Source of the DNA: Bacteroidales bacterium
GTDB lineage: Bacteria; Bacteroidota; Bacteroidia; Bacteroidales; WCHB1-69
Direction: 5' to 3'
NCBI GenBank assembly: GCA_017540505.1
Contig: JAFYAW010000015.1
Span: 21,550-85,549 of the forward strand
DNA: 64,000 nt
In this document: positions 29,705-39,722 of the stretch, piece after piece
Layout of the letters: every line of letters starts with the position of its first letter
Position numbering within the stretch: the first letter of the stretch is position 1
The notes under the pieces: model-generated
The model's database searches: none
The model's input: only the letters and a program-made list of their open reading frames with translations
What the model was told of the DNA's origin: nothing
Made by a program: the position numbers and the translations under genes

Positions 29705-29798
29705 AGTTAAGGAACTAAGGAGTTAAGGATGTTGGCCGTTAGCTATTGGCCGTTGGCTTTTGGCTTTTCTCTAAACTATAAACTCTCAACTCTAAACT
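29705..29798. repeat. three abutting short-period arrays (8-mer x3, 7-mer x5, 7-mer x4)
   Basis: AGTTAAGG AACTAAGG AGTTAAGG / GTTGGCC GTTAGCT ATTGGCC GTTGGCT TTTGGCT / CTAAACT ATAAACT CTCAACT CTAAACT. Confidence 0.75.
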
Positions 29799-29855
29799 TA
29801 ATAGTTGGAGAATACGTGCGACAAAGATATACATTTATTTTCGAAAACGAGGCTG

Positions 29856-29903
29856 AAAAAAAGTGAGGGTACCCGCACTTTCGTCAAATAGTCGTCAAAT
29901 AAT
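29856..29903 (+). repeat. composite repeat copy A (A-tract + 22-bp near-palindrome + tandem TCGTCAAATA)
   Basis: GAAAAAAAGTGAGGGTACCCGCACTTTCGTCAAATAGTCGTCAAATAA. Copy C lies 117 bp downstream. Confidence 0.8.
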
Positions 29904-29972
29904 CTGTTTCCAAAAGTGAAAGGAACCATATTTCTGTCATTTTTTCACCCCCTAAAAAATGAGGGTACCCGC

Positions 29973-30017
29973 AAAAAAAGTGAGGGTACCATCACTTTCG
30001 TCAAATAACCATCAAAT
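29973..30017 (+). repeat. composite repeat copy C
   Basis: AAAAAAAGTGAGGGTACCATCACTTTCGTCAAATAACCATCAAAT. A half copy ATGAGGGTACCCGC sits at 29959-29972, 21 bp upstream of this copy's core. Confidence 0.8.
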
Positions 30018-30064
30018 TTTACACTTTTGTAAAGATTTCATTTATAGCTTTCAGATTTTCATTG

Positions 30065-30072
30065 TACTTTTG
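30065..30072 (+). promoter_or_regulatory. -7 promoter box TACTTTTG (then CCGTCGG) for the 168-aa lipoprotein gene
   Basis: TAnnTTTG match 24 nt upstream of ATG 30096. Confidence 0.45.
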
Positions 30073-30095
30073 CCGTCGGTTAAAAACAAAATCCT

Positions 30096-30602
30096 ATGAA
30101 AAATTACAAAATCATCATCCTTTCATTACTGGTAGTTATGCTTTTTTCTGCCTGCCAGAAAAACCAGGAGAAAATCGCTCCTATGCCCCCTTCCCGTATG
30201 CTTCTTGCAGACAGCACGAACCGAACAGGTAATACATACCAAATTATTACCAATATCGGTCATCATGCCAAAGATTGCAACAATAGTTGTATCTACTGGA
30301 ACGGACAATGGACTCACGTGGATTGCATGGGTATAGGGGATGTTTGTGAGATGGTGGAGACCGTCAACATCCTTCCGGACACGGCTGGAACGTTTACAGC
30401 TACCACTACTGACATCTACTCGCTCACTTCGGAGGACTTCTTCGACATGCCCGCACGTTCCTTCTGCGTTCAAATCGGCATTTTCACATCGCCGCTCTGG
30501 CTGAATATTCCCGCCCAGCTGGTCGCCCGCGACTCCATAACCGAGCAATTCACCTTTACGGGTTTGTTTTACTCAGATTACCAATACTATAGCAACAATT
30601 AG
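30096..30602 (+). CDS. hypothetical lipoprotein
   Basis: 168-aa ORF with lipobox ..VVMLFSAC and a Cys cluster (CNNSCIYWNGQWTHVDCMGIGDVC). A clean terminator follows. Confidence 0.7.
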   Translation: MKNYKIIILSLLVVMLFSACQKNQEKIAPMPPSRMLLADSTNRTGNTYQIITNIGHHAKDCNNSCIYWNGQWTHVDCMGIGDVCEMVETVNILPDTAGTFTATTTDIYSLTSEDFFDMPARSFCVQIGIFTSPLWLNIPAQLVARDSITEQFTFTGLFYSDYQYYSNN

Positions 30603-30626
30603 GCTAACAAATATTACTTTTTTGTA

Positions 30627-30662
30627 ACGGAAACAACTGGGTGGTTGTTTCCGTTTTTTTTT
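30627..30662 (+). terminator. intrinsic terminator
   Basis: ACGGAAACAAC-TGGGTG-GTTGTTTCCGT hairpin followed by T8. Confidence 0.85.
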
Positions 30663-30715
30663 ATAATACAGATAAGGGTAAACGAGATAATCCGGCAAAA
30701 ACGAACATTTTTTTG

Positions 30716-30723
30716 TACTTTTG
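30716..30723 (+). promoter_or_regulatory. -7 promoter box TACTTTTG for mutS
   Basis: TAnnTTTG match 21 nt upstream of ATG 30744. Confidence 0.45.
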
Positions 30724-30743
30724 CATCCCTTTAAAAAAAACGC

Positions 30744-33350
30744 ATGGAAAAATCTGCAGAAACTCCGTTGATGAGGCAATATAACAAGTTCAAGGCGCAA
30801 CACCCGGATGCCATTTTGCTATTCCGGGTAGGTGACTTTTACGAGACTTACGGAGCGGATGCTATTGAATCATCTAAGATACTGGGAATTACGCTGACAA
30901 AACACGGCAAAGGACCTACTGTAACGGAACTTGCCGGCTTTCCCCATCATGCGCTGGATGTATATCTGCCCAGATTGGTGCGCGCCGGCAAGCGCGTGGC
31001 TATCTGCGAGCAATTGGAAGACCCAAAACTGACCAAGACTCTCGTCAAGCGCGGCATCACCGAGATGGTTACGCCGGGCGTGTCCATCAATGATAAAGTG
31101 CTGGAACAGCGCGAGAACAACTTCCTGTCGGCCATCCAGTTCGGCGACAAGATCTGCGGCATCGCCTTTGTGGACATCTCCACCGGCGAATTCTACATTG
31201 CCGAAGGCGACTACGACTATATTGACAAACTGTTCCAGAATTTCAAGCCCTCGGAACTGGTTATCCAAAAGAACAGGGTTGCCGCTTTCCGGGAGCATTT
31301 CGGAGAAAAGATGCTCCTCACCACGTTAGACGACTGGGTCTTTACCAGCGATTTTGCCAACGAGCTGCTCACCAAGCACTTCCAGACCACTTCACTAAAA
31401 GGCTTTGGTGTGGACAATCTGCCCACCGGCATCATCGCCGCCGGTGCCGCCCTGCATTACCTATACGAAACCCAGAATCACAAGATTCAGCATATCAATA
31501 AAATAAACCGCATTGAGGAGGAACATTACGTTTGGCTGGACCGTTTCACCATCCGCAATCTGGAACTGGTGCACACCCCCAACGAGAATGCCGTCACCCT
31601 ATTGCAGATTTTGGATGAGACGCAAACCCCGATGGGCTCGCGCATGCTCCGCAAGTGGATGCTGATGCCTCTCAAGGAAAAGGTACTCATTGACGAACGC
31701 CTATCTGTAGTGGACTATTTCACCCAACACGAAGAGTTGCGCGACGAGCTAACCAATACGTTGAAACGCACGGGCGATTTGGAGCGCATGGTATCGAAAA
31801 TCGCCACTGGCAAGATCAATCCCCGTGAAATACTGCAACTTGCGCGGGCACTCCGTTCCATCGAAAAGATGAAGGAGCTTTGTCAGACGGCAGACCAGCC
31901 TGCCCTCGCCAAGATTTCCGAGCAACTGAACCCCTGTCTGTCGGTATGCACCCGCATAGAGCGGGAAGTCCAAGAGGATCCGCCGGTTGTGGTCAGCAAA
32001 GGAGGCGTGTTCCAGCGCGGGGTGGATGCGGAACTGGACGATCTTTTCGCCCTCGCCACCAACAGCAAGGAGGTGCTGGCCGACATCCAGCGTCGCGAAG
32101 CCGAACGTACCGGCATCACCTCCCTGAAAATCGGATTCAACAACGTATTCGGCTACTATTTGGAGGTTTCCAACACCCACAAGAGCAAAGTGCCGCCGGA
32201 GTGGACCCGCAAACAGACGCTGACCAATGGGGAACGCTACATTACGGAAGAACTCAAAGAGCTGGAAGCCAAGATTCTGGGTGCCCAGGACAAAATGCTT
32301 GAGATTGAGGCAAGATTATACAACGAGCTTATCGTCAGCCTGTTGGATTATCTCGCCACCATCCAGTTGGATGCCCGGTTGGCCGCCCGGTTGGATGTGC
32401 TGCTCTGCTTTGCCACCGTATCCAAGGCCAACCATTACACCAAGCCCACCATCAACGAAGGTAAGGCTCTCAAAATCAAAGCGGGACGGCATCCGGTGAT
32501 TGAGCAGCAGCTGCCCCCCGGGGAGAAGTACATCTCCAACGACATCTATCTGGACAACGACAAACAGCAAATCATCATCATCACGGGACCCAACATGTCG
32601 GGTAAATCGGCATTGTTGCGCCAGACGGCCCTCATCGTACTCATGGCGCAGATGGGCTGCTTCGTGCCTGCCGTGAGCGCAGACATCGGCCTGGTGGACA
32701 AGATTTTCACCCGCGTGGGAGCTTCCGACAACATTTCTACCGGCGAATCCACATTCATGGTGGAAATGAATGAAACGGCCAGCATCCTGAACAACATCTC
32801 CGACCGGAGTCTGATTCTGCTGGACGAGATCGGGCGGGGAACAAGCACCTACGACGGCGTCTCCATCGCCTGGTCCATTGCGGAATACCTGCACGAAAAC
32901 CCCTACCATCGGGCCAAGGTGCTGTTTGCCACCCATTATCACGAACTGAACGATATGGCGGCGCAGTTCCATCGTATCAAGAATTTCCACGTCTCGGTGA
33001 AGGAGATTGACAATAAGGTATTCTTCCTGCGTAAGTTAGAACAAGGCGGCAGCGAGCACAGCTTCGGCATCCACGTGGCCCGCATGGCCGGTATGCCCGC
33101 CCAGGTGCTCAAGCGTGCCGACGAAATCCTGAAACAATTGGAGCAGACGCGCACCAACGCCAATGGCAAAAAAACAACCATCGAGAAATCATCCCCAGGA
33201 TACCAACTGAGCTTCATCAATCTGGATGACCCTCTGCTGCTGGAAGTCAAGGATTTGATTATTGGATTGAACATCAACGGTCTCACCCCTGTGGAGGCCC
33301 TGATGAAGCTGAACGATATCCAGCAGTTGCTCACCACAGGGAAAAAATAA
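30744..33350 (+). CDS. mutS: DNA mismatch repair protein MutS
   Basis: 868-aa ORF with N-terminal ..TPLMRQY...K....[13 protein letters not shown].., Walker A GPNMSGKS and STFMVEM. Confidence 0.97.
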   Translation: MEKSAETPLMRQYNKFKAQHPDAILLFRVGDFYETYGADAIESSKILGITLTKHGKGPTVTELAGFPHHALDVYLPRLVRAGKRVAICEQLEDPKLTKTLVKRGITEMVTPGVSINDKVLEQRENNFLSAIQFGDKICGIAFVDISTGEFYIAEGDYDYIDKLFQNFKPSELVIQKNRVAAFREHFGEKMLLTTLDDWVFTSDFANELLTKHFQTTSLKGFGVDNLPTGIIAAGAALHYLYETQNHKIQHINKINRIEEEHYVWLDRFTIRNLELVHTPNENAVTLLQILDETQTPMGSRMLRKWMLMPLKEKVLIDERLSVVDYFTQHEELRDELTNTLKRTGDLERMVSKIATGKINPREILQLARALRSIEKMKELCQTADQPALAKISEQLNPCLSVCTRIEREVQEDPPVVVSKGGVFQRGVDAELDDLFALATNSKEVLADIQRREAERTGITSLKIGFNNVFGYYLEVSNTHKSKVPPEWTRKQTLTNGERYITEELKELEAKILGAQDKMLEIEARLYNELIVSLLDYLATIQLDARLAARLDVLLCFATVSKANHYTKPTINEGKALKIKAGRHPVIEQQLPPGEKYISNDIYLDNDKQQIIIITGPNMSGKSALLRQTALIVLMAQMGCFVPAVSADIGLVDKIFTRVGASDNISTGESTFMVEMNETASILNNISDRSLILLDEIGRGTSTYDGVSIAWSIAEYLHENPYHRAKVLFATHYHELNDMAAQFHRIKNFHVSVKEIDNKVFFLRKLEQGGSEHSFGIHVARMAGMPAQVLKRADEILKQLEQTRTNANGKKTTIEKSSPGYQLSFINLDDPLLLEVKDLIIGLNINGLTPVEALMKLNDIQQLLTTGKK

Positions 33351-33359
33351 ATTTGAACA

Positions 33360-34427
33360 ATGAAAAAGAAGACACTGATTATCTGGGCAATACTGTTGCC
33401 CACCCTATTATTTTCTCAAAAAGAATACACCTTCAAGGCCTATCGCGGCACCGTGCCCGACGGCTACAACTTCTGGGTGTCGATACCGGACACCTACGAG
33501 GAGCAAAAAGAGAAGATGCCGGTCATCCTGTTCCTGCACGGGCACAGCCTGTGTGGCAGCGACCTCAACCGCGTGCGCAAGTATGGCTGTTTGGATGCCA
33601 TCTCTATGGGCCGCGACATCAACGCACTGATTATCGCCCCGCAGAATCCGGGTCCGCCTTGGAACCCACAGAAAATCCACAACGTATTCAACTGGGTGAA
33701 AAGCCATTACGCGATGGACACAACACGCATTTACGTCATCGGTATGAGCCAGGGCGGGTATGGCACCTTCGACTATGTGGCCACCTATCCTGACGAGATT
33801 GCCGCCGCCATGGCCCTTTGCGGCGGGAGCGCACGCCGGGATTTCTGCGGCCTCAACCGTGTGCCCCTATGGATTATCCATGGCACCGCCGACCGCGATG
33901 TGCCCCTCAGCCAGTCACAGAAAATTGTGGACGCCATGAAGCAGTGCGGTCCCACCAAACTGCTCCGTTTCGACAAATTTAAAGGGGTGAACCATTCCCA
34001 ATTAGCCAAGATGTTCTATTTAGACGACACTTATCGCTGGCTTATGAGCCACACGCTCACCAACAAAGAAGTCAACAAGGATATCCGCATCACGGAATCG
34101 GACATGGCAGCCGCCTACCAGAACATTGACCGCACAGCGAACACCATCAAGGTGGAAAATGGCGCATCAAAATCCGTACAATCTACTGAGAACACGCAAG
34201 ATAGCCCTAAAGACACACTTGCACCCAAACCCGAAACAAAAGCTCCGGCTGTTCAAGAACCCACGCACAAACCCGTCGCCAAACCCACATACCACACGGT
34301 CAAGAAAGGCGACACACTGTATGCTATCGCACGAAAGTATCACACCACGGTGGAAAAGCTGTGCAAACTCAATCACATAAAGGAGACCAGCATTCTCTCC
34401 CTCGGACAGAAAATCAAAGTGCGGTAA
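33360..34427 (+). CDS. secreted alpha/beta-hydrolase (esterase) with C-terminal LysM domain
   Basis: 355-aa ORF with a signal peptide, nucleophile elbow GMSQGG, ..HGTADRDVP.., a Pro/Lys-rich linker and a LysM motif YHTVKKGDTLYAIARKYHTTVEKLCKLNHI...LSLGQKIKV. Confidence 0.8.
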   Translation: MKKKTLIIWAILLPTLLFSQKEYTFKAYRGTVPDGYNFWVSIPDTYEEQKEKMPVILFLHGHSLCGSDLNRVRKYGCLDAISMGRDINALIIAPQNPGPPWNPQKIHNVFNWVKSHYAMDTTRIYVIGMSQGGYGTFDYVATYPDEIAAAMALCGGSARRDFCGLNRVPLWIIHGTADRDVPLSQSQKIVDAMKQCGPTKLLRFDKFKGVNHSQLAKMFYLDDTYRWLMSHTLTNKEVNKDIRITESDMAAAYQNIDRTANTIKVENGASKSVQSTENTQDSPKDTLAPKPETKAPAVQEPTHKPVAKPTYHTVKKGDTLYAIARKYHTTVEKLCKLNHIKETSILSLGQKIKVR

Positions 34428-34444
34428 TTGGGAAATACTGTTTT

Positions 34445-35308
34445 CTACCTTTTATTTGCACTCTCCATAGTAATCATCTTATAGACAAGGCTGGCGGCGA
34501 GCACGTCCGACACCTTGCTGTCGGCCTGCGGGCATAGCTCCACCACGTCGAAGCCCACCACTTGGCGGTTTTGGAACACCTTCTCTAAAAAGCGAAGGGT
34601 GGGATACCATTGCAGTCCGCCCGGCAGCGGTGTGCCGGTAGCCGGCAGAATGGAGGGATCCAAACCATCCAGATCGAAGGTGATATACACATGGTCGGTG
34701 AGACGTTCCACCGCTGCATCCATCCAACGTTCGTGATGCACGATGTCGTGGGCATAGAATATGTTTTCCGGCACAATATTATGCATCTCCTCCGTGCACA
34801 CGTTGCGGATGCCCACCTGCACCACGCGGGCGTAATCCTGGGCGCGCCGCATCACGCAAGCATGGTTGTAGATGGACCCGTGATAGTCGTCCCGCAGGTC
34901 GGCGTGTGCGTCTATCTGCAACACGGTCAAGTCGTTATATTCCTCGCTAATGGCACGGATGCTCCCCACAGAAACCGAATGTTCGCCCCCCAACAGAATC
35001 GGGAACTTGCGCAGACTGAGAAAATGTTTCACTTTTCGGTAAACGGATTCCACCATGGCATCCGGTGTGGAGAAGTCATAATCGGAGTGATCCGTATAGA
35101 TGCCGTTTTCACAGGCCTCCAGCCCATATTGCACATCGTACAGCTCCAGGCTGTCGGAGGCGTCCAAAATGGCTTGCGGTCCCTTGTCCGCCCCTTTCAC
35201 GAAGGTGCTGGTACCATCATACGGCACGGAAAGGATGGCATAACGGGCTTGGCCGAGGTCGTACAACGGCTCGTCCATGTCTAAAAAATGGTTCATTCGC
35301 TTAATCAT
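34445..35308 (-). CDS. speB: agmatinase (arginase family)
   Basis: 287-aa ORF with Mn-binding motifs GGEHS, DAHADL and DLDGLDP. An alternative ATG at 35296 would remove the 8-nt overlap with uvrA. Confidence 0.88.
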   Translation of the reverse strand: MIKRMNHFLDMDEPLYDLGQARYAILSVPYDGTSTFVKGADKGPQAILDASDSLELYDVQYGLEACENGIYTDHSDYDFSTPDAMVESVYRKVKHFLSLRKFPILLGGEHSVSVGSIRAISEEYNDLTVLQIDAHADLRDDYHGSIYNHACVMRRAQDYARVVQVGIRNVCTEEMHNIVPENIFYAHDIVHHERWMDAAVERLTDHVYITFDLDGLDPSILPATGTPLPGGLQWYPTLRFLEKVFQNRQVVGFDVVELCPQADSKVSDVLAASLVYKMITMESANKR

Positions 35309-38138
35309 GATGCAGTTCTTTTGCTAAAAAAGGAGCGGTATATCCAACACCCTGTTTCACAACATCTTCGGGTGTGCCTTCCGCTAATATCTCGCCACCG
35401 TTACGGCCACCTTCCGGTCCCATGTCGATAATCCAGTCGGCCATTTTGATGACATCCATATTGTGCTCAATGACGATGACCGTATTGCCGCGGTCCACAA
35501 GCTGGTTCAGGACGTTCATCAGGATGGCAATATCCTGGAAATGCAACCCTGTGGTCGGCTCGTCCAAGATATAGACAGTTTGGCCCGTTTCTTTCCGCGA
35601 CAACTCGGAGGCTAACTTCACGCGCTGGGCTTCGCCGCCCGACAGCGTGGTGGAGGATTGCCCCAAGCGGAGGTAGCCAAGTCCCACATCGGCCATGGTT
35701 TTCAGCGGCTGCACAATGCTGGGGATGTTTTCAAAAAACGGGATGGCATGCTCAATGTCCATTTCCAGCACATCGTTGATGGATTTGCCCTTGTAGCGGA
35801 TTTCCAGCGTCTCGTCGTTGTAGCGTTTCCCGTTGCATTTCTCGCAGGTGACATACACATCGGGCAGAAAGTTCATCTCAATGGTCTGCACGCCGGCCCC
35901 TTTGCAGGTTTCACACCGGCCCCCAGAGACATTGAACGAGAAGCGTCCCGGCTTATATCCCCGGATTTTCGATTCCGGCATTTCGGAGAACAGCTTGCGG
36001 ATATCATCGAACACGCCCACGTAGGTCACTGGATTGGATCTCGGAGTACGTCCGATCGGCTGCTGGTTGATTTCGATGATCTTATCGATGTACTCCAGCC
36101 CGATGATATCATCGTAGGGCAATGGTTTCCGTTCCGACTTGTAGATATAACGGTTGAGGATGGGGTATAGGGTTTCATTGATGAGAGTGGACTTTCCGCT
36201 ACCGGAAACCCCAGTGACGCAGATCAGTTTGCCCAACGGGAAATCCACCGTGACATTCTTCAGGTTGTTGCCCCGCGCGCCTATCAACGTCAGCGAATGG
36301 CCGTTTCCCGCGCGCCGCTGCTGGGGCACCTCAATGCGTTTGCGCCCGGTCAGATAGTCGGCGGTCAGGGATTTTGACTTGAGGATGTCGGCGTAGGAGC
36401 CTTGGGCGACAATCTGCCCGCCGTATTCCCCCGCTTTCGGTCCAATATCGACAATGAAGTCGGCGGCTTCCATCATATCGCGGTCATGTTCGACCACAAT
36501 CACGGAATTTCCGATGTCGCGCAAGGATTTCAGTGATTGGATGAGCAGCTGATTGTCGCGCTGGTGCAGTCCGATACTGGGCTCGTCAAGGATATACATG
36601 ACGTTTACCAGCTGGGAGCTGATCTGGGTGGCCAACCGGATGCGCTGGGCCTCTCCACCAGAAAGCGAGGCGGACGACCGGTTGAGGGAGAGGTATTGGA
36701 TGCCCACATCACACAGGAAACGGAGACGGAAGGAGATCTCGCGGAGGATTTCGGTGGCGATGGTCTTCTGTGATTCCGTGAGATGCTTGGGCAGCTCATT
36801 GATCCACTCGCTCAATTCCGAGATGTCCATGGCGGCCAATTCCGCGATGTTCTTACCCGCCAGCCGGAAATGCAGGGACTCTTTTTTCAGTCGGGAGCCG
36901 TGGCAATGCGGACACGGGGCCATGTTGATGAACTGGTTGATCCATTTCCGCAAGGAGGTGGGGATATTGTCCGTATTCAGGTTATGGATGTAGTTGACAA
37001 CACCCTCAAAGGATTTTTTCATCGGGGCCAGGCCGGAGTATTCGCGGTTCACATACAGCAGTTCCGGCGACCCGTACAGCACCATGTTGAGGTTCTGCTC
37101 CGACAATTCGTTGATGGGATCAGCAAGCGAGAAATGGTACTTGGCAGCCAAGGCATCCAGCTCGCGGAACAACAGCGTGTTCTTGTATTCGCCAATGGCG
37201 GCAATGCCCCCTTTCTTGATGGATTTCGACGGGTCGGGGATAATTTTCTCCAAGTCCACCTCAGCCACAGTGCCCAAGCCGCTGCAATGTTCGCACGCCC
37301 CGTACGGCGAGTTGAACGAGAAGGTGTTGGGTTCCGGCTCCGGATAGGAGATGCCAGTGGTGGGGCACATCAGGAATTTGCTGTAGTTCTTCACATCGTT
37401 CTTGTCGTTGTCCATCACCATAATCGCGCCCTTTCCGTATTTCATGGCTAAATGCACGCTGTTGGTGAGGCGTGTTTTGGAAAAGGAAGTGACATTCAAG
37501 GTGTCTATGGCCAACTCGATGTCGTGGATTTTGTAGCGGTCCACCTGCATGTTGAGCAGGATTTTGCGCATGGACCCGTCGATGCGCACGCGGGTGAACC
37601 CTTGCTTCCGGAGGTTCTCAAAGAGTTCACGGTAATGGCCTTTCCGGCGTTTGACGATAGGGGCTAAAATGGTGATGTAGCAGCCGTCATAGCGGGAAAT
37701 GATGAGGTCGATGAGCTCTTTCTCGGAGTAGTGAACCATCTTTTCCCCTGTGTTGTAGGAATAAGCATCCGCCACGCGCGCGTACAGCAGGCGCAGGAAG
37801 TCATATACTTCGGTGATGGTACCCACTGTGGAGCGCGGATTCTTGTTGACGGTCTTCTGTTCAATGGAAATAACCGGGTTCAGTCCGGTGATCTTGTCCA
37901 CATCGGGATGCTCCAGATTTCCGATGAACTGACGTGCGTAGGCGGAGAAGGTCTCCATATAGCGGCGCTGGCCTTCCGCATAGATGGTGTCGAAGGCCAA
38001 AGAGGATTTTCCACTGCCGCTCAAGCCGGTGATAACGACCAGCTTCTGCTGCGGAATCGTGACGGAAACATCCTTGAGGTTGTTTTCCCGCGCACCTGTG
38101 ATGTTTAAGGCATCTTCAGCAAAAGCATTGTCATTCAT
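35301..38138 (-). CDS. uvrA: excinuclease ABC subunit UvrA
   Basis: 945-aa ORF with two ABC modules (GLSGSGKSSL, GVSGSGKSTL) and Zn-finger Cys pairs. Confidence 0.97.
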   Translation of the reverse strand: MNDNAFAEDALNITGARENNLKDVSVTIPQQKLVVITGLSGSGKSSLAFDTIYAEGQRRYMETFSAYARQFIGNLEHPDVDKITGLNPVISIEQKTVNKNPRSTVGTITEVYDFLRLLYARVADAYSYNTGEKMVHYSEKELIDLIISRYDGCYITILAPIVKRRKGHYRELFENLRKQGFTRVRIDGSMRKILLNMQVDRYKIHDIELAIDTLNVTSFSKTRLTNSVHLAMKYGKGAIMVMDNDKNDVKNYSKFLMCPTTGISYPEPEPNTFSFNSPYGACEHCSGLGTVAEVDLEKIIPDPSKSIKKGGIAAIGEYKNTLLFRELDALAAKYHFSLADPINELSEQNLNMVLYGSPELLYVNREYSGLAPMKKSFEGVVNYIHNLNTDNIPTSLRKWINQFINMAPCPHCHGSRLKKESLHFRLAGKNIAELAAMDISELSEWINELPKHLTESQKTIATEILREISFRLRFLCDVGIQYLSLNRSSASLSGGEAQRIRLATQISSQLVNVMYILDEPSIGLHQRDNQLLIQSLKSLRDIGNSVIVVEHDRDMMEAADFIVDIGPKAGEYGGQIVAQGSYADILKSKSLTADYLTGRKRIEVPQQRRAGNGHSLTLIGARGNNLKNVTVDFPLGKLICVTGVSGSGKSTLINETLYPILNRYIYKSERKPLPYDDIIGLEYIDKIIEINQQPIGRTPRSNPVTYVGVFDDIRKLFSEMPESKIRGYKPGRFSFNVSGGRCETCKGAGVQTIEMNFLPDVYVTCEKCNGKRYNDETLEIRYKGKSINDVLEMDIEHAIPFFENIPSIVQPLKTMADVGLGYLRLGQSSTTLSGGEAQRVKLASELSRKETGQTVYILDEPTTGLHFQDIAILMNVLNQLVDRGNTVIVIEHNMDVIKMADWIIDMGPEGGRNGGEILAEGTPEDVVKQGVGYTAPFLAKELHHD

Positions 38139-38178
38139 ACAAATAGGAGATGGTTAATGGCTTGTACAATTAGGGCTG

Positions 38179-38186
38179 CAAAGATA
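38179..38186 (-). promoter_or_regulatory. -7 promoter box (reverse TATCTTTG) for uvrA
   Basis: CAAAGATA on the + strand, 41 nt upstream of ATG 38138 and just downstream of the gcvH terminator. Confidence 0.45.
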
Positions 38187-38196
38187 CGATTAAAAT

Positions 38197-38222
38197 AAAA
38201 AAAGACCCATTATGGTGGGTCT
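38197..38222 (-). terminator. intrinsic terminator after gcvH
   Basis: The reverse strand reads AGACCCA-CCATAA-TGGGTCT followed by a T run. Confidence 0.8.
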
Positions 38223-38248
38223 TTTTTTTGATGTGCGACAAAGGTTTG

Positions 38249-38626
38249 TTAGCCGATAAGGGCTTTGTAACCTTCAGCATCCAACAGGCTGTCGGCTTCG
38301 GCGGGGTCGGTGACTTTGATTTTGACGATCCAGCCTTCGCCGTAAGGATCGGTGTTGACGAGGGCAGGGTTGGCTTCCAGAGCCGTGTTGAATTCCACCA
38401 CTTCGCCACCGACGGGGAGCATGAGGTCGGAAACCGTCTTGACGGCTTCGATGCTGCCGAACACTTCGTCTTTGTCCAGCGTCTCACCTTCCGTGGGGAT
38501 GTCGAGGAAAACGATGTCGCCTAATTCGTTGGCTGCAAACGCGGTGATGCCCACGTATGCGAATTCACCTTCCATTCTCAACCATTCGTGGTCGTTGGAA
38601 TACTTCAAATTTTCAGGAATATTCAT
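38249..38626 (-). CDS. gcvH: glycine cleavage system protein H
   Basis: 125-aa ORF with lipoyl-lysine motif ..[12 protein letters not shown]... Confidence 0.95.
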   Translation of the reverse strand: MNIPENLKYSNDHEWLRMEGEFAYVGITAFAANELGDIVFLDIPTEGETLDKDEVFGSIEAVKTVSDLMLPVGGEVVEFNTALEANPALVNTDPYGEGWIVKIKVTDPAEADSLLDAEGYKALIG

Positions 38627-38667
38627 ACTATTAGATTTTATAAGGTTAAAAATTAAATGATAGACTG

Positions 38668-39225
38668 TTATACGGTCATGATTTCTTTCTCTTTGGCTTC
38701 CATAATCTTATCGACTTTGGCGATGGCCTCGTCGGTGGCTTTCTGGATGTCAGCCTCGAGTTTCTTGATTTCATCTTCCGGGGAGCCGCCGTCTTTGAGC
38801 TTCTTGGCCTCATCGTTGGCGTTGCGGCGGATGTTGCGGATGGAGACTTTGGTCTGCTCGGCCTCCTGTTTGGCCTTCTTCACCAGCTCCTTACGGCGTT
38901 CCTCCGTGGGTGTGGGCACCACCAGACGGATGAATTCACCGTTGTTCTGCGGGGTCAACCCGATATTGGCGGCCAGGATGGCCTTCTCAATCACGGGTAG
39001 CATGTTGCGTTCCCACGGTTGGATCACGATCTGATGGGCATCCGGTGTGTTGATGTTGGCCACCTGATCCACCGGCGTGGGATTGCCGTAGTAATCCACC
39101 TTCAGGCCGTCCAGCATTTGCGGGGAAGCTTTGCCAGCACGTATTTTCTGGAGGTCTTTATCGAAGAAAGTCACGGTGGCATTCATGCTTTCTTTTGCAT
39201 TTTTAAGACAAGTCTGGGTATCCAT
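38668..39225 (-). CDS. frr: ribosome recycling factor
   Basis: 185-aa ORF with an RRF pattern (..[12 protein letters not shown].., ..IRNIRR..N...KK..). Confidence 0.96.
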   Translation of the reverse strand: MDTQTCLKNAKESMNATVTFFDKDLQKIRAGKASPQMLDGLKVDYYGNPTPVDQVANINTPDAHQIVIQPWERNMLPVIEKAILAANIGLTPQNNGEFIRLVVPTPTEERRKELVKKAKQEAEQTKVSIRNIRRNANDEAKKLKDGGSPEDEIKKLEADIQKATDEAIAKVDKIMEAKEKEIMTV

Positions 39226-39310
39226 GTATTTATGTGTTTTAATGTTTGTAAAAGATTCCTTTTTTCTATTCCCCTTCTTAAAAGAAGGGGTGCCCGAAGG
39301 GCGGGGTAGT

Positions 39311-39712
39311 TTAGTTGCCTCCCTGCGCCGGCCCGGCTTGATTCTTGGCTTTCGTTTCGGCGATTTTGGCTTTCAGTTTCTCGATCTCCTTTAGTTGTTT
39401 TTCGCGCATATTCCGCATTTTCTTCAACTCTTTTTCTACAAAAGTCTTGTTCCATTTATAAGCGATGCAGTAATGCAGGATGACAAGCAAAAGCCATACC
39501 AGTGTCACGCAGATGAACACTTTGAGGATGGCCGCACGGATGGTTTCGCTGGTGACAATGGCGTTGAACAGCGTGAACCACAGGGCCCACATGATGGCGT
39601 TGATGACGATAAAGATGGTGATGTGCACTTTGAAATGCACCCGCTTGTCCGCTACATTGAGCATTTGCGCCGTCTCTTCAGCCGAAATGTTTTTTGTGGA
39701 GTCTTCTTCCAT
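39311..39712 (-). CDS. 2TM-domain membrane protein (hypothetical)
   Basis: The start is taken at ATG 39712 (MEEDSTKN..) to avoid a 31-nt overlap with pyrH. Two hydrophobic helices and a C-terminal Lys-rich coiled-coil tail. Confidence 0.65.
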   Translation of the reverse strand: MEEDSTKNISAEETAQMLNVADKRVHFKVHITIFIVINAIMWALWFTLFNAIVTSETIRAAILKVFICVTLVWLLLVILHYCIAYKWNKTFVEKELKKMRNMREKQLKEIEKLKAKIAETKAKNQAGPAQGGN

Positions 39713-39722
39713 GATGTATGTA

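Noticed and set aside
29512-29718. 68-aa + strand ORF starting inside the LytTR gene start and ending in the AGTTAAGG array.
   Set aside because: It overlaps the LytTR start codon and promoter box. Its GC-rich part is better explained as the antisense of a reverse-strand gene remnant. No start context supports it.
29805-30009. Tiny reading frames running through the composite repeats (the KSEGT(R/I)TFVK-stop frame is conserved in both copies, and their spacing is a multiple of 3).
   Set aside because: There is no ATG. Only TTG/GTG starts are available, with no promoter box upstream and a very short length. DNA-level repeat conservation explains the shared frame.
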